Assembly: GCF_001194135.2 (NCBI RefSeq)
Contig: NC_068985.1
Coordinates: 5,257,872 to 5,301,358 of the forward strand
Origin: Octopus bimaculoides
Lineage: Eukaryota
Direction of reading: 5' to 3'
DNA: 43,487 bases
Each line of letters opens with the position of its first letter. The stretch's first letter is position 1. A program made the position numbers and the translations under genes. A model generated the notes under the pieces. That model searched no databases, was not told where the DNA came from, and saw only the letters and a list, made by a program, of their open reading frames with translations. This document shows, in pieces, positions 33,796 to 43,487 of the stretch.

Positions 33796-34377
33796 CACAC
33801 TTTCTCTATTAAACCTTAAACTATTTCTAAAAGTGTCAAACATTTTTAGCTCCAAATATACACACATATCATGTGTTGTATGTTTTTGTATAAGCTGCAA
33901 CATATATACGTATGTAAACACAAGCACTCGCCCCAATAAATGTATATATGTTTGCGTGCATGTGTATACGTATATTCTTAAATACATAATTTCCCAGAAA
34001 CACATTCATTGCACAAACACATTCTCTCGTGCATATTTATACATATTTTTTAACATAGCGGAAGTCAAGTCCTCCAGTAAGAAATAATTTTTAAAGAAAT
34101 GATGTACCAGCTGATAAACAAATATACAACTGGATTAAAACTCTAAAGGATTAAATAAGCAATAAAAGTGACTTCAGCATATTAACGTTTCGTTCACATT
34201 AGAAGCCATAGTTAGATATAAATCCGAAATACTTTAAACCCGTGTGAGCGGAAAATTCCCAAAACCAGTGATAGATATTATTTTCTAGTTGCTCTCCAGT
34301 TCAATCTACTGAGGAATTAAAAGATAATTGTATAAAGCTAGCTTTGAATGCACTTAGCTATCAAAAATTGAAGGAAA

Positions 34378-34379
<2 letters not shown>

Positions 34380-34434
<55 letters not shown>
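34380..34434. repeat. (CA)n
   Basis: Direct. Confidence 0.95.
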
Positions 34435-34435
<1 letters not shown>

Positions 34436-34899
34436 CAATATAAATAGATATAATTGACACGCACATATACATATATATGTATGTTTGTGTGTCTGTACAA
34501 GAATCATTTTCGTACTAAATCTATGATGTTGAAGAAAGTAGATTTCTATAGAATTAGTATCGAAACATGCGTTTATCCGTAGAAATTGTACTGGTTACAT
34601 ACTGTTCCCATATAAGCTATCTACTAGACCACCGTAATTCTTAGGAAAGGCGATTTAAGATTAAATAAAAGATATCAGCAGGATACGAGATTCTTCCTTT
34701 TGTTTTCCTCCTTGGCATCTCCTGACGTGCATGGTGAATTAGCTCTGGAGTTACCCGTCACGAAATACATCACAGAATACTCTCTCGTAACGTTGCATGG
34801 TGTATGTTCTAATTAGAAGCTAAATACAGAGCTGCATGCAGCGAGAGAATAATATTGTTAGCGTTTCTGTAAATATAGACAGCGTTTCTATAAAGCAAT

Positions 34900-35400
34900 G
34901 ATGGTAAATACTTTTAAACGGATTCCCGTCTGTTTCGGCGATGTGTGTTCCAGTTTTTCGATCAATGGATTTGCCTTCTCTTTCAATTAGCATGTATGCG
35001 GCTGAGTAGTGTACTACTGCGTGTAACCCTAGCCTAATGCACAGCGGGAGTCAACGATACGCAAGTGTGCAACCATTTTGGACCGTTGAATGAGAGGTAC
35101 AAATCAACGTGTGGTCTGATAGTTACGGTGTTTCACTCACGATTGTTAGGTCCAGAGTTCGAATACTGTGCTTTAGTGGGATAGTTAAAAGGAAGGACAA
35201 CTTTCTTGTTTTTACTTCGGAGACTTGTGTGCATTTAAACCGTTTGGAGATATTTCATCCCCGTTGACTCAGCTTTCAAACGTAGACTTAACGAAATAAA
35301 GTTTGTAGTCGCGGTAGCCGTGAAACGTCCGCGCTATCATAATGACGCACTCGGAGTTACTTCCCTTAGCGTTAAAATGCAAATATATTGCACTCAACCA
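34900..35400. promoter_or_regulatory. CpG-enriched, repeat-free island; candidate promoter/first exon (minus-strand donor at 35141|35140)
   Basis: About a dozen CpGs in 35280-35400; TGACTCA (35265-71), TGACGCA (35343-49), GGAAGT (35359-64, minus); minus strand AATC|gtgagt. Confidence 0.4.
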
Positions 35401-36341
35401 AAAAATATACTGAATTTAGCGAAGGTAGAAGTGTGAAAAGCGAAATTGTCATTAATCGCTAGATAAGAGAATTGGCAAACGTTTTGCTTTATTTAAACAA
35501 GTAATATTCTCAAAAGTTATTGAATCATTTAATAGTTTATTCATAGTGGTTCCACAAAGCTGCGAAGTAGATGTTGCTTAAATATCTAATTCGATATAGG
35601 TCATCTAAATGGATTATGGCACAATATGACTGTCTCTATCCAATGACTAACAAAATCGTGTCTCATCTTTACTTAATCAGTCAGTCATTCTCAAGGGGAT
35701 AACATTCCATTATATTGACAATTCATAAGTATGTAACATAGATTTATATCTCACGAGCTCTTTTGATTGTACGCTTTTGTATATTAGTAGTTTAGTTCGA
35801 AATTATATTTACAGTAAGACAATATATTATTAAAGTGATGCCAAATCACGACACACTGCTATTGCATAAAGAAGTTAGCGGACACAAATTGATTTCAAAC
35901 AGACAAATCTGCGATTTAATTGTGAAACGGGGACTTCAGATAGATAACACAGTTGCTGTATCTACGCAGGATCAACAATGTTATATGAACTAAGTTAGTG
36001 AAAAAAGAATATGGAAGATCAATTCTGACATAATGGAATCTTTCAAATAGTTTTGCGGACGAAATTGGTTAATGTAAAAGACTTTATTTAATTACTTCTT
36101 ATAAAATACAATTCCCACAAAGATTACAAACGTCATTTTAATCTCTATTGAGATTCTACATCAATCCACGTGGCATCTCTTTCTACTTCTGTCTGTCTGA
36201 CTGTCTGGCTATTTGTCTCTGAGGTGGTACGCGCCTGCACGATTATATATATATATATATATACATGTTCAGCATACATACACACTACACTCACAAACAC
36301 ATACACACATACGTATATTATATATATNNNNNNNNNNNNNN

Positions 36342-36590
36342 CTTTATCATCTCCCCATCTTCCTAGCTATCCTGTCAAACTAGCTCTTTCCTACCAGTCG
36401 CCATGATTGATCTCTAAATCTACAGTTTTTTTTTATTCTCTCTCTGTTTATTTCCTCATGTTCCTTTCTGTTGAAGAGCGTAGGCTCGAAACGTAGAAGA
36501 CTTTCTCACTCCCCGAACATCAAACTAATACACCTGCTTGTTGTTTATACACCTGTCTTCGCCTTTTGTTTTTCTGTAAATTTCGACTAT
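36342..36590 (+). mobile_element. PLE pLTR-like segment with hammerhead variant at 36464-36499
   Basis: CTGTTGA (36468-74; A6>U), A, perfect stem II GAGC-gtag-GCTC, GAAAC-GTA, stem I CTTT/GAAG; pyrimidine-rich flanks, ends in (TA)n. Confidence 0.6.
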
Positions 36591-36665
36591 ATATATATAC
36601 ATACACACATGTGTAGTATCTATTAAATAGCCGTCTAAACGTACGCATTCTTGACTATTCAATTT

Positions 36666-36827
<162 letters not shown>

Positions 36828-38944
36828 TTGGTGCTTGCGTACCTGTGATATTTGCGGCCGGGGTCGAACATTGCACTTGACAATAACTTTAGAAGTTGGT
36901 CTTCAAACTCCTTCCAAAAAGGCCTTCATAGCCTGTCAGACCGGCAGATATTTTACACCTCCATGCACACTCATAGACACACATACATAAATACCTACAT
37001 ACTTACACGCACACATACACACACACAGACATACACACATGCGCACACAGACACACACACAAACAACAAACACACACACACATTGTCTCGCTTGTTGGCA
37101 AAGACGGGGCTACAATTGCTAAAGGGTTCTTTCCTAATTCAAAGTCATTTCTTAAAAATTAAAATATCAGAAATAAAACTGTTTGAGGAAAAACGTAGGT
37201 GTTATCTTGGACCCTTTACCTGAGATTAGTTAATTATCAGGAAAGCCATATTTGATTGGAAGTTACTAATTTTACTAATTACCTTGAAGTGGAAAAAGTG
37301 CTTAATTAGCATAATTAGAAAGACGGTAGCGGAAACAGCAAAGCAGATTAGGTTCAGAATATGTAAAGTTATTTGATCCAGAATAGAATGAAGTCCGTAA
37401 ATGTATTGGCTGTGAGCAAGAGAGAATAAAAGGCAAACAACAGTGTCTACGATTTGGAATTTAAGTCAGAATGGAAGTTCTAAGTTAAACTATTTGTATT
37501 CACCCAAAATTTTGTATCAGCCATAAAGTTGGAGAATAGTTCCATTGGCTAAGAATGTGAGGAACGTGATTCAATTCTGTAAAACCGAAGTGAAAAAAGC
37601 TACATGGAAACGGTAAGAGAAAAATCCCCTGCTAGGCAAAGAAGACTGATGTAACGTTACTCATGACTTTGGAATAAAAGGAAAAAAGATGGTGATACAA
37701 GTGTCATGAGCATTGAAGAAGTTTACAAAAAGAAACAATAGTTAGCGTGGCATGTTATTATGGTAATCAAGAACTGAAGAGATAATAGCAAACGGAATAA
37801 AGAAATAAGGAAATGGTAAAGTTCTACTGAAATAGAAGAATAATGGTACAATTAGTTAGAATGAAATCAGAATGAATGAAGGAAAAAAAATACGCAACAC
37901 AAAGAAGGAAGGTTTGTGGATTAAAAAAATACGAGACTAAGAAAAGCTGAGTGGAACAAAAGTTTAATCAATATAAAGATGAAATTCTACGGGGATATAT
38001 AATTAAATTTCCATTAAGAACACAGCCGTGGATGTTTAAAATGTAAACTTAGTTTTCACGAGATGTTGTTCAACCATTATATTAAAATGAATTATATGTC
38101 ATGAAACAAAGAAGTTTGATATTTGTCAATATGGTAATGGAAACAAGTTTATGGAAGAGGTTAAAAGTGACAGACGTGTATGAGTTATGCAATGAATGGC
38201 CATCTGTTGCTTGGGCGTAAAATATAGGGACGTACAATAGCCATAACTTAAGCTTGAGTAAATAAGTTGATTGATTGGAAAATTATCAGTGTCGTTTCGA
38301 ACTAGATGTTTTAACGAAACCCCACTGGAGGATAAGGAAGAGAAAATATGTATGAATTTGAATACCTCATGCATAAGTCTATAACTGCCAGGCTGCAAGA
38401 TTCAATTTCAGCTAGTAACTCTCGTAAGTATATGGGGATAATTGATATTAACCTGCCTCAATGATAACACACATTCGGGAAAGAACATGAAGGGAAACTG
38501 AGAGATTATCAACGATTAAATTTTGAAATGAATTGAATAAGCAAATGAATTATATACAAGGATTATGGCTGAATTTAATTAAATGAAAGGATGTTGTAAA
38601 CAATGTATTTATTGAAATGAAAAGAAGTATGAGCACAGCATAGACTAATGTATTTTGTGAATGTGAATGGTAGATTCTCCACTAATAAGAGTGAACAATT
38701 AGCGTTTAGTTAATGAGCCAAATGTGCATATGTTGCTACAAGGGAAATGGAGGTATAAACAATTGAGTAACCATAAACACGTTTCCCTTAACGCAACTCT
38801 CAAACTGAATCAGAGACATAGCGTGACAAGATGGTACCTTTGAAGGACAGGTACAATCCAGAAAGAATAACAAAGAAAGAAAGAATGAAGGAAAGAAGGA
38901 AACAAATCGATCAGATGGTTGGAATAGCATTTGACTCGAGAATC

Positions 38945-39205
38945 TCATAAGAATAGTAAGTTCCTGGTCAAATATGGCGGTCTATTTGGCACTCTAACGT
39001 TTTTGAGCGCGAAACAATGTTGAGATGTCCAGTTCGAAACTGTCCAATCAGAGTGAAATTGTTGACCGCAACGAGAAGCAAACAAACGCTTCCATATTTC
39101 CATTGTGAGTGTTTCCAGCCTGTTAATTGTGGCCATGCTGCAACATTTCCATCCGGCTTGTGATTGGTCGTTTACAATGACAACATGACGCGTATCAAAT
39201 TGCAC
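38945..39205 (-). pseudogene. Probable mariner transposase remnant
   Basis: FDTRHVVI..G..ATIN..RLETLTMEIWKR..QFHSD..VPNRPPYL is colinear with mariner WDxKGVI..GxTIN..LxxAIxxKR..LHDN..LPHPPYSPDL; heavily decayed. Confidence 0.4.
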
Positions 39206-39779
39206 TTGCGTATAAAGCAGGTGTACGTATGTTGTTTTAAGTGTATGGACAACCGGAATGTTGAAAGGCTCGTGCCGTAACCAAGAACATTAGATCCAGC
39301 AGCGGTTGCTGTCAGTTTCAGTTAATGGGAAACATGAACTCTGTATCGCACGCATTCAAAGAATACCAACAATGAAATATAAAACAAGAGGAGGAAGAGA
39401 TGGAGAAAGACGAGAAGGAGGAAGGCAAACGTTGTTTGAAGTACAAATTATTGTTACCTTAATAAAGGCAAACGATGCCATTGTGATGTGTTCCAAGCTC
39501 GTGATACAAGGAGGCAAATTTGTAGACATTTATTGAACGACATTCTCTGACGTACATAACAACTACATGCTTTATTGATTGCGGTGGAATCGATAAAAAA
39601 AGTAAACCCTGACGGAACTTGAGTACATGGACCGCAACCAAGGAAGAAGGCAAGATAAAAAAGAGTAAAAGGTGCAGTGTTGAATCGAACGAAGCAATAA
39701 GAAAAGAGACAGAAGGCTTGAGCAAGTTTCTTTACATCATGTCTTCAGACAATATTCTGTAATGCCTGCAACCATGAAA

Positions 39780-40215
39780 GACTAGCAAACGTGTACCAGA
39801 TAAATTCAAAGCAAGGCTAGTGCGCATGCTCATTTGGCCAATGGGTATTTATGGTTGTGAAGCATAGACCCTGAACAAATCTGGAGAAAGAATAACGTGT
39901 TTGAAATGTGGGTTTTTATAGGAGAAAGTTATGAGTTTCTTACAAGGACCATCGGCTATTCGTGTGGTTGCTACAACAAATAGGTCAAAGACGACAACTC
40001 TTGAACATTGTGAAAAAGACAAAAGGTCATCTGTTATGGCCGTATTCGAAGAAGCAGAGGTTTAGAAAACATTATTATGAAAGGAAGAGTAGAGGGCAGC
40101 AGATCACGAGGCCGGCAGAGAATGCAATGAAAGGACAATATCAGGAACTCGTTAGACAAAAGTGGCAAGGTAACTGGAGAACTCGCGCTTAATCAGGAAT
40201 ATTTTCGTTGTAGTG
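39780..40215 (+). mobile_element. RTE-clade LINE RT/3' remnant (may extend back to ~39480)
   Basis: KARLVRMLIWPMGIYGCEA*TL, FEMW, LLQQIGQRRQLLNIVK, GLENIIMKGRVEGSRSRGRQRMQ*KDNI. Confidence 0.85.
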
Positions 40216-40384
40216 ACACCAATGCTCTGCAGGCGTACGGTACATGAGGACGATCATTGTCGAAGAGTCTTCATCATTTTTGATAAAAAAATCAAAATTT
40301 TCCTGCTGCGAAATCAGATACGATTACGGTGAAAGACAAGAAAAAGAAATAGAACAGTTTATCTGCTATCTGTTATGTTTTTAC

Positions 40385-40805
40385 TTGCGACAGCCATTAG
40401 GCTGCGGCCATGCTGGGGCATTGCCTCGAAGAGGTTTTAGTCGAAAGAATCAATCTGAGCAACTGAGCAATTTTTAAAAGCCTGCTACTTATTCTATCGT
40501 TTTATTTTGTCGAACCACTACGTTACAGGGACGTAAACACACTAACACCGGTTGTCAAGCAGTGGATGGGGACAATCACAGACACACAGAGACAGACACA
40601 CGCATACACACGCGCGCGCGCTCGTACACACACAAAAACAGGCCGGCCTCCTTTCAGTTTCCGTCTACCAAATCCACTCTCAAGGCTCCGGTCGGCTCGA
40701 GGCTATAGTAGAAGACACTTGCCTAAGGTGCCACGCAATGGGACTGAACCCGGAACCATGTGGTTGTTAAGCCAGCTTTTTACCACACAGCCCCACCTGC
40801 GCCTA
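40385..40805 (-). mobile_element. SINE family A, near full length
   Basis: Matches the 22.1-22.5 kb copy. Confidence 0.9.
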
Positions 40806-41365
40806 TGATTGTTGATCGTCTTTATTCAATTTCGTTTATATCACCAACACCAATGATAGAGGCATTAATTTAACAACTTCCAATTGTTACTACTGCATAA
40901 AATTGAGCGAATGTACCTGCACATAAAACCTGCTTCATTCTTATACTGACGCTGTCGTGTGTAACGCTAAACAGTACTTCTGACATTTGACCTGAACCAC
41001 AAGAGATGACTGCTTCATGTTTCCGTTACGTTTGCCAACTTCGAAACACATTCAATAGGGTATTGATCTCTTTCAGCTCTTTGGGGAATTTGATTATGGA
41101 AGTTGTATTCAATATTGGACGACTTTTGAATGAATAGAGATTCTTTCATTTGCCAAATGCCTTCCGCAATTTCCCGTTTTCCAAGTCAGCATCTAAAGCT
41201 GAGAGCGATAAGCATGACGTGTAAAGCAACACAATACTCTACAGTATCAAATCAGTTTTCTGAAGTGTGTTAATTGTTGTTATTTCGACCTAGATCAACC
41301 TGTATTCAGCAGGTATACGATCAACTCTACTCCAGGTGTGACTAAGTTTTTTTTAAATATTTTTC

Positions 41366-41553
41366 GACACAGGCACAAACAAGGCTGTATGGTGAGAAGT
41401 CTGCTTCCCAAACACATGGTTCCAGGTTCAGTCCTACTTCGTGGCACTTTGGGCAAGTGTCTTCTACTATAGCCTCAAGGTGACCAAGGATTTCTGAGTG
41501 GAGTTGGTAGACGGAAACTGAAAGAAACCCCTCGTATTTATGTATATGTGTGT

Positions 41554-41617
<64 letters not shown>

Positions 41618-41830
41618 GTGTCTGTGTTTGTCCCTCACAGACACTTGACAACCGGCGTCGATATGTTTACGTCCCCGTAAATTAGCGGTTCGACAAAAGA
41701 GACCAAGACAATAAGTATCAGGCTTTAAAAAAATATAAACATTGGGGTCGATTAGCTGGACTAAAATTCCTCAATGCGGTGCCCCAGTATGACCACAGTT
41801 TAATGACTGAAACAAGTAAAAGATAAAAGA
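41366..41830 (+). mobile_element. SINE family A, full length with internal (TG)n
   Basis: Head, CORE-like domain, microsatellite, second domain, tail ctgaaacaagtaaaagataaaag. Confidence 0.9.
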
Positions 41831-41868
41831 TACACACAGATACAAAGACACACTGACACATTGACACA

Positions 41869-41908
<40 letters not shown>

Positions 41909-42159
41909 CACACATATCAGTTCCAGCTCAGAGCTGTGGCCATGCTGTAGCACCGCCGTTTTGCTACACTGTTATTATTGAGAGCCTCCTCTGATATGTG
42001 GCATTTGAGGAAAAATGGGGGTTTATATATATGAATATTGCTTTCCAGTCAAATAAAGCACCATAAAAGTAGAAGTACAAATATAGAATAGTGGCACAAG
42101 GCACCAAAATTATCGAATGCTATTTCCAGTAAACATTGGCACCTTGTACCACTATTCTA

Positions 42160-42187
42160 CGCACACACACACACACACGCACACACA

Positions 42188-42238
<51 letters not shown>

Positions 42239-42623
42239 TATTAGCAAGCTTTCAAGGAGATATTCATCAACAGTACTTTGGAGTAAAGGTTATTTGCCCT
42301 CATAACATGGCAGTTCTGGTTTAGGACGAATGTTGCTGTAATTTAGCCCCAGGAGACATTGTCACCAGCTGGCTGAGTGTCGTATAGCCAGCTGGAGACG
42401 ATGTCCCCTGGGATTAAATTACAGCAACATTCGTCCTAAACCAGGACTGCTATGTTATGTTGGCAAATAATCTTTACTCCAACAAGCTTTCCGTTTTCGT
42501 CTACTAAAGCCACTCAGAGGGCTTTGGTCGGCCCGAGCCTATAGGAAAAGCCTCTTGCCGAAGATGCTGCGCAATGGCAATGAAACCGGAACCACTTCTT
42601 ACGACACAGTCACGCCTGTGCCT
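42160..42623 (-). mobile_element. SINE family A head half, interrupted by the hairpin element
   Basis: (CA)n and ttagcaagctttc left of the insert; cgttttcgtctact..ctttggtcggcccgag..cacagtcacgcctgtgccta right of it. Confidence 0.8.
42254..42481. mobile_element. Long-hairpin element, copy 2 (25-nt left tail, internally deleted)
   Basis: Arms 42279-42374 and 42386-42481 are homologous to copy 1; flanked by gcaagctttc (42244-53) / acaagctttc (42482-91). Confidence 0.9.
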
Positions 42624-43139
42624 ATATAAATACGTTATATCGCTTCTAAATGCTGCTTTCTAAATGCCGAATCACTGACAGTCAGCACCAGGTTAACTCT
42701 CTCCTTAACTTTCCTGACAGCGAAGGAAATTTAAATAAAGTCATTCATCGCGTACTCTATTCAATACACTGGGTACAGCATACTTAATCTTAGCGATGTG
42801 TTTTCTCTAAAAGTTCTCCACAAATATATGACGAATTATTTAGGGACACAATGTAAAGAAAATTGGGGTAATTTTACCTCAGAGGAAGCAATCTCCTGAG
42901 AACGTTATATTTCAAGATCTATATCTATCTTCAAGCATTCGAGATTGATAGAATTCATTTTGGGCCTATAGACACTCTGGGTTAAACGGAACACTAACAG
43001 GAGCATACAACTCTGCCGAAAAGGGGTCACAGTTATATTTAAATGAATGAAAAAAATAAAAGCTAGAAAAAAAGGTAATGTACAGCAACATGAAATTATC
43101 TTCCTACGATCATACGTACCTAACACACTTTGTAGTGAG

Positions 43140-43487
43140 ACATATGTGTGTGCGTGTGAGTGTGTGTGTTTGTGTGTGTATATATATATGTATATATATA
43201 TATGTATATATATATATATGTATATATATGTATGTATGTATATATAATGTATATATGGGTAGGTAGATAGAGAAATAGATCGATGACTAGATAGATAAGT
43301 GTGTGTATGTATGCACACAAATGCATATGCTTAGAAACACAAATATATGAGTATGTGCATATATATGTCCGTGTATGTGTATACACACACAGACATATAT
43401 GTATATACATACCAACAAATATATACATATACACACTCTATATATATATTTGCATAAATATATGTATATATATATATATATATATAT
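43140..43487. repeat. Compound (TG)/(TA)/(TATG) low-complexity tract
   Basis: Direct. Confidence 0.9.

Noticed and set aside
34660-34810. Open frame LELPVTKYITEYSLVTLHG with GTATGT donor
   Set aside because: The acceptor AG is far from the pyrimidine tract, and the peptide neither matches a known motif nor continues the candidate gene.
37300-38700. Purine-rich stretch with KYMGIID, possibly an ancient LINE
   Set aside because: Only one weak motif; too decayed to call.
39730-39746. Minus-strand CTGAAGA...GAAA
   Set aside because: No stem II or stem I pairing.

Overview
AT-rich, repeat-dense eukaryotic DNA with nine assembly gaps. The SINE families and microsatellite load suggest a cephalopod (Octopus-like) genome; this is inference. 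There is no complete protein-coding gene, rRNA, true tRNA or CRISPR array. Most ORFs in the supplied track are microsatellite or N-gap artefacts. Supported content: (1) a head-to-tail array of at least four R4/Dong-clade non-LTR retrotransposon 3' ends from about three subfamilies, each bounded by (TAA)n (4.6-8.7 kb); (2) a fossil Penelope-like (PLE) RT, RTE and CR1/L2-type LINE fragments, a hAT MITE with an 8-bp TSD and probable mariner remnants; (3) more than 25 tRNA-derived SINE copies from three families that appear to swap heads, central domains and tails; (4) four minimal type-I hammerhead-ribozyme-like motifs; (5) two copies of a ~140-bp-arm hairpin element. The most interesting signal is a shared architecture, TSD / one-sided 25-52 nt tail / long inverted repeat / TSD. 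It occurs in both hairpin copies (10.9 and 42.3 kb) and in a hammerhead-bearing insert (22.9 kb), and it fits Penelope-type mobilisation of non-autonomous hairpin elements better than an ordinary MITE. Tentative host exons: a plus-strand chain (25.5-32.9 kb) that may encode the start of an iGluR/ANF-receptor-type N-terminal domain, and a CpG-rich, possibly antisense first exon at ~35.2 kb. All exon calls are by eye and need RNA evidence.
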